Assembly: GCA_963843555.1 (NCBI GenBank)
Contig: CAWJKV010000007.1
Coordinates: 168,073 to 232,072, forward strand
Length of the DNA stretch: 64,000 nt
Reading direction: 5' to 3'
Origin: an uncultured Methanosarcinales archaeon
GTDB lineage: Archaea; Halobacteriota; Methanosarcinia; Methanotrichales; Methanotrichaceae
The notes beneath the pieces were generated by a model. That model ran no database searches and was not told the origin of the DNA. It worked only from the letters and a program-made list of their open reading frames with translations. This document shows, piece after piece, positions 10,216 through 19,085 of this stretch. How positions within the stretch are numbered: the first letter of the stretch is position 1; each line of letters starts with the position of its first letter. The position numbers and the translations under genes were made by a program.

Positions 10216-10584
10216 ATGAAATTCACTGGAAAAATAGCCATGGGAATACTAATCGCCGCAGTTGCGCTAATTGCGGTTGGCATCGCCCAAAACGAGACTG
10301 CAACAGAGATTCCCGAAGCAATAGTATTTTCAGGTACTATGATGGAGGGTAATCACAGACATGTCTTTATGAGTATACCAGATTTGACTGTTGGCTCAAA
10401 TGAGTGGAACGATGACATCTCATCGATTGTAGTCATTTCCGGGGAATGGACTTTCTTTGAGGCTCCTCTAGGCGCCGGGGAAGTGCCAAATCCATCCGTT
10501 ACATTGGGGCCCGGAGTTTATCCTGATGTAGCGAAAGAGAAAATACCGGACAATTCTATCTCACAAATCCGTTTAGAAGCCTAG
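10216..10584 (+). CDS. Secreted single-domain beta/gamma-crystallin family protein
   Basis: Signal peptide; Greek-key motifs WNDDISSIVVISGEWTFFE and LGPGVY...DNSISQIR. Confidence 0.8.
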   Translation: MKFTGKIAMGILIAAVALIAVGIAQNETATEIPEAIVFSGTMMEGNHRHVFMSIPDLTVGSNEWNDDISSIVVISGEWTFFEAPLGAGEVPNPSVTLGPGVYPDVAKEKIPDNSISQIRLEA

Positions 10585-10879
10585 ACGAAAAAAGCAGGTA
10601 AGGCCTAAGCAGGATCCTTGGGGTCCAGGCTTTATCTGTTCTATCCTTTTTCCTTTGAGAGTGTAATAGAAAGCATCGATGAATCCTGATTCGCACCCAA
10701 AACTATGAAAACGATTTCAGGGAAACATATTTTGATATGGTTGAAGGCTGCTGAATAGCTAGGGATCTGGATCCCATCATAAAAGTAGCCCGACTCTCTC
10801 TTGAGCGTTGACTGAGCAATAAACAAGATCAAGAATCGGGCCTTCTCACCATTGCCACCACTCTGTCTCCAGATTTTAG

Positions 10880-11159
10880 CGATTTAATCTTTCTTCTGTT
10901 TCTGCGACTTTCTTTTGAGTCATGGCAAGGCGTTTTTAAAGGCTCATTCTCGGCATGAGCCTGTCCGAGCAGCCTCTCAACTCCGCAATCCTTGCCTCGT
11001 ACTTGTACCTCTTGCCATTGCCGCTAAACGCTTTTTCGGGATTCTCGCCCAATTCATCTCTTGAAGTCCCGGTCATAGCGCCGCCTCGTCTTCTTCATGT
11101 ACTTCCCTCCATGAGTTGATGTTACTTAACTCATTTTCCACTGGGCGGGGTTCACTCCA
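10880..11159 (-). mobile_element. IS3-family insertion sequence remnant (left end plus decayed orfA)
   Basis: Terminal TGGAGTGAACCCC at 11159; orfA starts at 11098 with MKKTRRRYDRDFK, then an internal deletion, then ENPEKAFSGNGK...EARIAEL/ERLLGQAHAENE across a frameshift; the far boundary is approximate. Confidence 0.75.
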
Positions 11160-11728
11160 AAGGAGTAGTATAATTGCGCCGCAACATACCCGGCAAGAGC
11201 GATTCTTGGAGAGAATAACGCAAAGATTATCGCACAGCCAGTAATAACGGCGGCAATTTGCCGCCTCCGCTTCAAAGCATTAAGCTCGCCTCTTGCCGAC
11301 TCATCGACGAGGATATCGGGAGTGCTGACTGCTGAACGTATGATCGTGTTCATCATAGCCGATGCTGCCAGTAGATCTAACCCGTAGATTATTACCGGGA
11401 AAGCTGGATAGGGGCCATCGATGTGAGTAGCCATGAACTTCGTAGTGAATGGAAGCAGCGACACGAAGAACAGCATTAAAAGAGTAAATCGGTACGAACG
11501 GGGGGTTTCTTGTTTGGTCAAATAGGTGATTGAAGAATGCGCTAGCCAAAAACTACCGATAAATGCAAAGCTTATGATGTAAGCGAAGAAATCAGGCCAT
11601 AATGGCATAAGCGCTGTAAAATCTTCGGATGCCTCTGGTATGGGTAGATCGAGCACCAGTAACGTGATGACTATCGCAAACACGCCATCAGCGAATGCAT
11701 CTAAACGACCTTTGGAAAGGGATTTCAT
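11126..11728 (-). CDS. TMEM175 family potassium channel, copy 2 (last codons supplied by the IS end)
   Basis: Closely similar to 5138-5758 in DNA and protein; likely start is MKSLSKGRLDAFAD at 11728. Confidence 0.88.
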   Translation of the reverse strand: MKSLSKGRLDAFADGVFAIVITLLVLDLPIPEASEDFTALMPLWPDFFAYIISFAFIGSFWLAHSSITYLTKQETPRSYRFTLLMLFFVSLLPFTTKFMATHIDGPYPAFPVIIYGLDLLAASAMMNTIIRSAVSTPDILVDESARGELNALKRRRQIAAVITGCAIIFALFSPRIALAGYVAAQLYYSFGVNPAQWKMS

Positions 11729-11918
11729 TATGTTATCCACTTCAATGAGCAATAGGCCGGAGGCTGTACCTTTTGGCATGGGAATTCCAGTGCAATCATC
11801 TTTGCATGACTCATCTCATCCCTCCCAAACAATGGTCACAATTGTAAGCGTCACAAACAATGCTTGGGCAGCTCCCAGCAATGCCAGGAGTGCCAAGATC
11901 GTCATGATAAATGACAGC

Positions 11919-12440
11919 CTACTTCTTCTTTTTTGCCTCTGCGAGCGCTGCACCCATCAAGATTATCGCTTCAGGTTGAAGCAGACCCTGCGAGATCAAG
12001 ACCCCGTTCGAGTTTCGAAGAGCTTCTTTTATGCCCTTTGCCCATAAATGCTCAACGAGCATTATAAGCGCGGAGCTATTATTGGGGATCTTGTCTGCCC
12101 CTAAATTCAAGATATCGTCTATTGAATAACCAAAGCTCCCATCAGCCGCCAATTCTGCACCAGCCTCTGCACCGGCTTTCGCCCCTTCAATCCCGCCTGC
12201 GCCCAAACCAAGAAGTGCACCAACCGCGGCCCCCAGTTTAATAACCTCATCTTTTCCTAAATCTGTGCCTTCAATAGAGGTGATATTTCCTTTCGCATCC
12301 TTTGTTACGAAAAGGTAGTCAATTAAACGAATGACGCCCTTCTTCTTGGCATCATTTAGAGCTGGAAGGATCTCTCCACTGAACTTGTTACCAGGAAACC
12401 CGATAACAAACATCTGTATTGGTCCATACATCACTGTCAT
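11919..12440 (-). CDS. DUF6325/DUF1269-like protein
   Basis: GPIQMFVIGF, IRLID, Gly/Ala-zipper segment, SSALIMLVEHLWA. Confidence 0.8.
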   Translation of the reverse strand: MTVMYGPIQMFVIGFPGNKFSGEILPALNDAKKKGVIRLIDYLFVTKDAKGNITSIEGTDLGKDEVIKLGAAVGALLGLGAGGIEGAKAGAEAGAELAADGSFGYSIDDILNLGADKIPNNSSALIMLVEHLWAKGIKEALRNSNGVLISQGLLQPEAIILMGAALAEAKKKK

Positions 12441-12521
12441 GATTCATTCCTCTTATTTCTAATTCCACTAATAACAATTATACAAGCTTTTTTTGAGATA
12501 TATAGCTTTTTGAGATTCCTG

Positions 12522-12545
12522 CATAAAAGTATGAATAGTTATGAA
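12522..12545 (-). promoter_or_regulatory. 24-bp operator-like motif, copy 3 (upstream of DUF6325-TMEM175)
   Basis: Identical 24/24 to copy 1; TATATAT at 12504 after a 17-bp gap. Confidence 0.8.
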
Positions 12546-12640
12546 GCATGAGGCAATAAGATCATATTTAACAGGACGATCGGAGACCTGAAGATCACCG
12601 GCTGGCTGACATCTTTTATATGATCGGCATGCTGTAGACC

Positions 12641-12664
12641 TTCATAATTATTCATACTATTATG
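12641..12664 (+). promoter_or_regulatory. 24-bp operator-like motif, copy 4 (upstream of arylsulfatase)
   Basis: TTCATAATTATTCATACTATTATG (22/24); degenerate TATA (TCTATCTA) after a 17-bp gap. Confidence 0.78.
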
Positions 12665-12774
12665 AAAGCATCTCAAAAATCTCTATCTACTTCAGTAGTT
12701 AACATTGAAATCCTATTAGAATCATGTCCAAAGAATACGAAAAAATTTGAAATAAAGATGCAAGGAGAATCACA

Positions 12775-15141
12775 ATGGCAACAATCAAGACTTATAAAGA
12801 CGGAGCGCCGTTCACCGGCGTTATCGGACGTACCATAGAGGAATCCTCGCCTGCCTGGCCGGAGCCCCCGCGCTCCGCAGCAGGTGCGCCCAATGTCATC
12901 TTCTTCGTGCTGGATGATGTCGGCTACGGGCAGTTGTCGAGCTTCGGCGGGCTGGTCGAGACTCCCGTGCTTGACAGCCTGGCCAAAAGAGGCCTGCGTT
13001 ATACCAACATGCATACCACGGCTCTCTGCTCTCCGTCCCGAGGTTGCATCCTGACCGGCCGGAATCACCACTCGCTCGGGCTTGCATCAATCACCGAGAC
13101 CTCCACCGGCTACCCCGGCTACAACGGAATCATGCCTTTCGATAAGGGCATGCTCAGCGAGATGCTGCTGCAAAAGGGCTACAATACCTTCTTTGCAGGG
13201 AAGTGGCATCTCTCGCCTCCTGAACACGAGACGCCGGCCGGCCCCTATGATCGCTGGCCGCTTGGCCGTGGCTTCGAGCGTTTCTACGGCTTCCTGGGTG
13301 GCGACACAAATCAGTGGTACCCGGAACTGGTCTACGACAATCACTCGGTCGAGCAGCCCTCGCAGCCTGAGGAAGGTTACCACCTGAGCATCGACCTGGC
13401 TGATAAAGCCATCCAGTTCATTATGGATGCGCATGTCAACGCGCCGGACAAACCTTTCTTCCTGGAATACTCAACAGGCGCCGGTCATGCGCCGCATCAC
13501 GTTCCAAAAGAGTGGGCAGACAAGTACAGGGGTAAGTTCGACATGGGCTGGGACGAGTACCGCAAGATCGTCCACCAGCGCCAGATTGAGATGGGTATCG
13601 TTCCCAAAGGGACCGAACTTTCTCCGCATGACCCAGATATTCCCGTCTGGGATACGCTATCACCAGATGCGAAAAGACTCTTTGCCCGAATGATGGAGGT
13701 CTTTGCTGGATTTGTAAGCTTCACCGATCATCATTTTGGGCGCGTCGTCAAATTCCTCGAAGAGATCGGCGAGCTGGAGAACACTCTGATCATCGTCATC
13801 TCCGACAACGGTGCCAGCGCTGAAGGTGGCCTGGTCGGATCGCTCAATGAGATGTGCTTCTTTAACAATGTGGCTGAATCGGTTGAGGATAACCTCAAGA
13901 TGATCGACAAGCTGGGCGGGGTGGAGCTTTTCAATCACTATGCCTGGGGCTGGACAAATGCAGGTAACACACCGTTCCGCCGCTGGAAACGTGAGACCTA
14001 CCGGGGCGGCAGCACCGATCCCTGTATAGTCTTCTGGCCTAAAGGTATAAAGGCCAGGGGAGAGGTGCGCTTGCAGTATGCGCATATCATCGACCTTGTC
14101 CCAACGGTCCTGGAGGCACTTGGTCTGGAAGCTCCGACCAACATCCGGGGCGTGGCCCAGGCACCTATTGAAGGCGTAAGTTTTGCCCATACCTTTAACG
14201 ACAATGCTGCGCCCAGCCATCACCACACCCAGTACTTTGAGATGTTCGGTCACCGCTCCATCTACCATGACGGCTGGCGGGCGGTCTGCCCGTGGCCAGG
14301 CACGAGTTTCGTCGAGGCCGCCAAGAAGGGCCGTCATTTCGGCTCTGTCATCACTAACGAAGTTCTATTGGATATCGAACAAAACGACTGGGAGCTATAC
14401 AACGTGGCCGAAGACTATTCCGAATCCCACAACCTGGCCGCCACGCACCGCAATAAATTGATTGAAATGATAGGTCGATGGTATACTGAAGCGGGCAAGT
14501 ACAATGTGATGCCGATAGACGGCAGTGTCATCCAGCGTTTAACTGTGGAACGTCCGACGATATCCAGACCAAGGGACAGGTTTGTCTTCTACCAGAACGG
14601 GTCTCCAGTTCCATTTGCTGCAGCGCCCAAGACATACAACCGCCCATGGTCGATCACAGCCGAAGTAGTGGTCCCAGAGGGTGGCGCCGAGGGCGTTCTA
14701 ATCGCCCAGGGCGGCCGGACTGGCGGATACACCTTCTTCGTGAAGGATAAGCGACTCCACTTCCTTTACAATTTCCTCAACCGCGATAAATTCTGGCTGC
14801 ATTCCAACGAGATGGTTCCTGAGGGTGAAGTCGAACTCCGCTACGAGTTCGAGCCTACCGGAAAACCGGATTTTGCGAAAGGGAAAGGTGTGCCGGCCCG
14901 AGGTCAGCTTTACATCAACCGCAAGCTGGCTGCAAACATCGACATGCCCCATACAGTTCCAATCATGTTCGGGACAGAAGGCCTGACCTGCGGCTACGAT
15001 GGCGGCGCTCCCGTTGCCCCAGAGGAGTACAGCGATACATTCCCCTTCACAGGGACTATCAGCCGGGTCACCCTGGACCTATCAGGAGAGTTGATCAAGG
15101 ATGCTGAAGCCGATCTGAAGGTGGCAATGGCCCGGCAGTAA
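12775..15141 (+). CDS. Arylsulfatase (Cys-type type I sulfatase, AtsA-like long form)
   Basis: LDDVGY, ALCSPSR-x3-LTGRNHH formylglycine signature, GKWH, SDNG; no signal peptide. Confidence 0.95.
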   Translation: MATIKTYKDGAPFTGVIGRTIEESSPAWPEPPRSAAGAPNVIFFVLDDVGYGQLSSFGGLVETPVLDSLAKRGLRYTNMHTTALCSPSRGCILTGRNHHSLGLASITETSTGYPGYNGIMPFDKGMLSEMLLQKGYNTFFAGKWHLSPPEHETPAGPYDRWPLGRGFERFYGFLGGDTNQWYPELVYDNHSVEQPSQPEEGYHLSIDLADKAIQFIMDAHVNAPDKPFFLEYSTGAGHAPHHVPKEWADKYRGKFDMGWDEYRKIVHQRQIEMGIVPKGTELSPHDPDIPVWDTLSPDAKRLFARMMEVFAGFVSFTDHHFGRVVKFLEEIGELENTLIIVISDNGASAEGGLVGSLNEMCFFNNVAESVEDNLKMIDKLGGVELFNHYAWGWTNAGNTPFRRWKRETYRGGSTDPCIVFWPKGIKARGEVRLQYAHIIDLVPTVLEALGLEAPTNIRGVAQAPIEGVSFAHTFNDNAAPSHHHTQYFEMFGHRSIYHDGWRAVCPWPGTSFVEAAKKGRHFGSVITNEVLLDIEQNDWELYNVAEDYSESHNLAATHRNKLIEMIGRWYTEAGKYNVMPIDGSVIQRLTVERPTISRPRDRFVFYQNGSPVPFAAAPKTYNRPWSITAEVVVPEGGAEGVLIAQGGRTGGYTFFVKDKRLHFLYNFLNRDKFWLHSNEMVPEGEVELRYEFEPTGKPDFAKGKGVPARGQLYINRKLAANIDMPHTVPIMFGTEGLTCGYDGGAPVAPEEYSDTFPFTGTISRVTLDLSGELIKDAEADLKVAMARQ

Positions 15142-15332
15142 GTCGCTTGAGAGGTACCAAGAAGCATAGGCCTGTATGTCATCCAAAGTGGTCGTCGAAG
15201 GATAGCCGTATCGAATCCTGCGCCTGAATAATCCCCACCAGGTAATTGTGGAAGCCTGGTGGGGGCGCCTTCATTATAAGGAGGCTCGGCCGATATCGTA
15301 TGTTATTATTCCGAATTATGCTTCCAAGGCGC

Positions 15333-15810
15333 ATGAGAAAAACTGAGAAATTTGTACCGGGGATAGGACTCATTCGCGGCTATAACCGAGGTTGGCTTAA
15401 GACCGACACGGCCGCAGCAGTCACTGTTTTCGCCATTCTCGTCCCTTCGGCTCTGGCCTATGGTGAGCTGGCCGTTTCGAGCCGGTGATAGGACTGTATG
15501 CAGTTCTGGCCGCCATGGTCGCATATGCGCTCTTTGGCAGTTCAAGGCAGGTCATCATTGGGCCTGAGGCGACAACTGCTATCCTGGTGGCAACTATAGT
15601 CTGGCCGTTGGCTGGCGGAGATGTTGCCCGTTATGCCGCCCTGGAGGCGGCTCTGGCCATATCCATCGACTTCTTATGTCTTCTTGCGGGCCACTACAAG
15701 ATCAGTTTTGTGGCAGATTTTCTCTCAAAGCCCATCCTCACAGGTACATAACCGGGACCGCCCTGATAGTAATCGCCAGCCAGTTGGGCAAGCTTTTCGG
15801 CATCTCAAGA
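15333..15810 (+). pseudogene. Truncated, frameshifted N-terminal fragment of a SulP transporter
   Basis: LVPSALAYGELA / GLYA...YALFGSSRQVIIGP...DFLSKPILTG / IASQLGKLFG spread over three frames, ending before the convergent gene. Confidence 0.8.
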
Positions 15811-15902
15811 ATGCTGAGCATCAAGGACAGACCATGCCTGATTCCTGGCCACAACGTTTTGGCCTATACACCCACCCGGCATTCATAGCTCCTGATGTAG
15901 CT

Positions 15903-17612
15903 TCAGCGATATTCTGCCAAATAGGCATCAGCTCCCTCGCGTACCGAAATGTAGAAATGGTCGGCACCGATGACCTTCTCCAGCCCAGATTTTCGAAGGT
16001 ATTCCCGCACATCCTTGTTCATGCGAGAAAAGCGCAGTTCGACATTTGATCTGACCAGTTCGCCATGAAGCTTCTCCAGCATATCAAGGGCAGTGGTATC
16101 GATGTCAGAAACGGATTCAAGATCGACGAGCACCATTCGGACAGTCGGATCCTCTGCCACAAGTGATCTAACTCTATCCCGGAAATTGGGGGCATTGGCA
16201 AAGAACAGCAAGCCGTCAAATCGCAGGATAAGCAGGCCGGGATAAGTTTCGACCCCGGAGTAGTTATCAATATTCCTGAAAACGTCTTTACCGGGAACTT
16301 TTCCCAGGATCACGGTTGATGGCGCTTTGATCCTTCGTAGCAGCTGTAGAAGCGATAGAAGCACAGCAAACACCAGTCCAGGAAGTATGCCGAGCACCAG
16401 CACACCCAGCAAGGCCACAGACGCGGCCAGATAATCGTCAAACCGGATTCTATGGAGACGGGAGAGCTTCGAGAAGTCGATCAAATGCCACACGGCATGA
16501 ATGACTATAGCGCCGAGCGTGGCTTCAGGAAGGTTTTGAAATAGTGGTGTGAGGGCAACAATAGTGATCACCACCATTGCTGCAAAAATAATAGAGGACA
16601 TCTGGCTCTTGACCCCTGCCTGGTCGGCGGCCGATGAACGGGACATGCTGCCATCGACCACAAATCCCTGACTGAGGCCTGCTCCAAGGTTGGCAAAGCC
16701 AAGGGCAACCATCTCCTGGTTGGAATCCACCTCATATCCGTGGTTGGTGGCATAAGACCGTGCAATAGCCACCGATTCCGAAAATGCCACCAGCACGATT
16801 CCGGCAGCTCCTGGCAAAAGCATTACCAGTTCTGAAAATGTAATACCTGATGGCAGTCCGAATGAAGGCAGTCCTGTTGGGATGTATCCCACGACCTGAA
16901 CCCCATGCGCCTCTAAATTTAAGAGAGATGACGCCAATATGCTCAGCACCATGACTGCCAGAGCAGCCGGTATTTTCGGAACGAATTTGTGGATGGCAAA
17001 GAGCAGGACCAGGCTGATAATGCCAACGGAAAGTGTTGGAATATGGGCCAGGCCCAGGTCACGGATGAAGAACCATAGCTCTTGAAAAAAGCCTGCACTT
17101 TCAACGCTGTAACCGAGCATTTTGTCCAGCTGGCCGGCCACAATGGTCAAAGCCAGCCCTATTATAAAGCCGGTCAGGACCGGATTGGACATGAAATCGA
17201 CCAGAACTCCAAAGCGCAGCAGCCCGGATGCGACCAAAAGGACTCCGACCAGAATAGCCAGTACAGCTGCCAGGATGACAAACCGCTCCGGGTCGCCGGT
17301 CGCCACTGGAGCCAACACCAGCGCAGACATGATGGCCACAGTGGAACTGGGACCAACTGTCATGTGACGTGAGGTGCCGAAGATGGCATAGCCGAGCGCA
17401 GCCAGCGGAGCGGCATAGAGTCCTGCTTCAGGCGGAACTCCCGCGAGCGATGCATAAGCCATTCCTTCCGGCACGAACATCGCCCAAACCGTCAGAGCAG
17501 CCACCAAATCCCAGCGCAGCCAGGATCTGTCGTATCTTGGCAGCCAACTTAGAATAGGAAGAAAGGATTTGATTGATGACCTGGGTCGATGATTTTGTGG
17601 CTTTTCGGACAT
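15903..17612 (-). CDS. SulP/SLC26 anion transporter with STAS domain
   Basis: PEGMAYA, GLYAA, FGTSRH, DSNQE and LFFANA...DIDTTA STAS motifs. Confidence 0.95.
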   Translation of the reverse strand: MSEKPQNHRPRSSIKSFLPILSWLPRYDRSWLRWDLVAALTVWAMFVPEGMAYASLAGVPPEAGLYAAPLAALGYAIFGTSRHMTVGPSSTVAIMSALVLAPVATGDPERFVILAAVLAILVGVLLVASGLLRFGVLVDFMSNPVLTGFIIGLALTIVAGQLDKMLGYSVESAGFFQELWFFIRDLGLAHIPTLSVGIISLVLLFAIHKFVPKIPAALAVMVLSILASSLLNLEAHGVQVVGYIPTGLPSFGLPSGITFSELVMLLPGAAGIVLVAFSESVAIARSYATNHGYEVDSNQEMVALGFANLGAGLSQGFVVDGSMSRSSAADQAGVKSQMSSIIFAAMVVITIVALTPLFQNLPEATLGAIVIHAVWHLIDFSKLSRLHRIRFDDYLAASVALLGVLVLGILPGLVFAVLLSLLQLLRRIKAPSTVILGKVPGKDVFRNIDNYSGVETYPGLLILRFDGLLFFANAPNFRDRVRSLVAEDPTVRMVLVDLESVSDIDTTALDMLEKLHGELVRSNVELRFSRMNKDVREYLRKSGLEKVIGADHFYISVREGADAYLAEYR

Positions 17613-17768
17613 CTGATCACTTCTGTCTTTTTTGATTTTTCAGCTCTCCGAATGGCTGTTGTCTCCCGGATTAAATAGACCAACATCATGATGAGGGCCA
17701 GAATCCCTACCAACATCCCATTCTGGGAGAGCGGAGGCCTATCTCATCCAATAGCTGAAGGATTTATC

Positions 17769-18248
17769 TCAAAGATTCAATCTCCAGAGGGAGTAATTCA
17801 AGTAGGCTGCAACGCTTACCCATATAATATAAGGCACAAGCAAGAGCGCCGCCGTTTTGTTTATGGGCCAGAATTTTATGATAGTTATGAGAATCAAGAT
17901 CCACAGAACGGCAATTACCAGGAGACCGCTGGCCGGGGATCGGAGGGTGAAAAAAGCCACGTTCCAGAGAACATTGACTACGAGCTGGGCAGCAAAGAAA
18001 TATAGAGCGGTTCTTGCGGCCGGATTTCCGGGAACTTCCCGCCAGATAAGAAAAAGAGATACGCCCATTAGAGTGAATAGAATGATCCAGATCAATCCAA
18101 TAGTCGAGCCGGGTGGCGTAAAAGAGGGCTTGATAAGAGTAGGATACCAATCGGCTAGAGATCCTGCTGTCAATACCGAGCCTACTATGCCTGCCGTTTG
18201 GCATATGATGATGCTCAGAATAAGACGAAAGAGGTCGTTCTTGTCCAT
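17769..18248 (-). CDS. tspO: TspO/MBR tryptophan-rich sensory protein
   Basis: WYPTLIKPSFTPP, QLVVNVLW, LLVPYIIWV. Confidence 0.92.
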   Translation of the reverse strand: MDKNDLFRLILSIIICQTAGIVGSVLTAGSLADWYPTLIKPSFTPPGSTIGLIWIILFTLMGVSLFLIWREVPGNPAARTALYFFAAQLVVNVLWNVAFFTLRSPASGLLVIAVLWILILITIIKFWPINKTAALLLVPYIIWVSVAAYLNYSLWRLNL

Positions 18249-18511
18249 ATACCAGCCCTCAAAGGAGATAGCCTCTATTTTTCAACTTTAGGTCTTTAAG
18301 TTCCAATTAGTTAAATGTTTTGGTGTTTCTACTTAAATTTAAATTTCTTACCTGAAACCTGCAGAAAAGTTACCATTCCATGCTCTATTGAGGCAAAAAC
18401 GAGAACCATAAAATTCTCTATAGATGCTTTGGCCAAGACAGATAAGGGCGCAAAGCCCTGTCAACCGCAGACAATATATACAAAACACCATCTATTATTA
18501 TGTTGATTCTT

Positions 18512-18880
18512 ATGTTCGAAAATATCTTAATCGCAACGGATGGATCAGAACACAGTGAGAAAGCTGCAATTGCTGGTATTGAGCTTTCCAAGCTCACAAA
18601 GGGAAAGGTCACTGCTATATACGTCGAGGATCGAGACAAAAAAGGCATTGAGGCTACGGAGCACATAAGAGATTTGGCGAGCAAAGCAGGGATTCCATTT
18701 GAGGCAAAGATAGCCAAAGGAAATCCTGCAAATGAAATATTGAAGTTTGCTGAAGATGCCAAAATGGATATCATAGTCATTGGTAGTATTGGTGTCACAG
18801 GTCTAAAAAAATTCATGCTCGGGAGTGTCGCAGAGAAGGTAGTTCTTCACTCGGGAGTACCAGTAATGACAATCTATTGA
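18512..18880 (+). CDS. Universal stress protein
   Basis: ILIATDGS...GNPANEI...G-x-x-G...LGSVAEKV. Confidence 0.93.
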   Translation: MFENILIATDGSEHSEKAAIAGIELSKLTKGKVTAIYVEDRDKKGIEATEHIRDLASKAGIPFEAKIAKGNPANEILKFAEDAKMDIIVIGSIGVTGLKKFMLGSVAEKVVLHSGVPVMTIY

Positions 18881-19085
18881 GGTCTTGGAGAAGAAAGAAG
18901 GAGCCCTTAAAGAATGATTTCGGCGTCGAAATGGGCGGTGAAGGCTTCGACGAGAAGGGAGATGGAGCGGTGCCTGTGAATCGTGGTTCCCCCATTTAGC
19001 GCCGGAATATTTCATACAAGAAAAAGCATAGCTCCATTATACTAACAGCTAGCAATGCAATTGAGCAGATCCAGAAGGTAGTATC

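Noticed and set aside
10594..10640. Imperfect stem-loop after the crystallin gene
   Set aside because: Likely an ordinary terminator or stability hairpin; nothing further supports it
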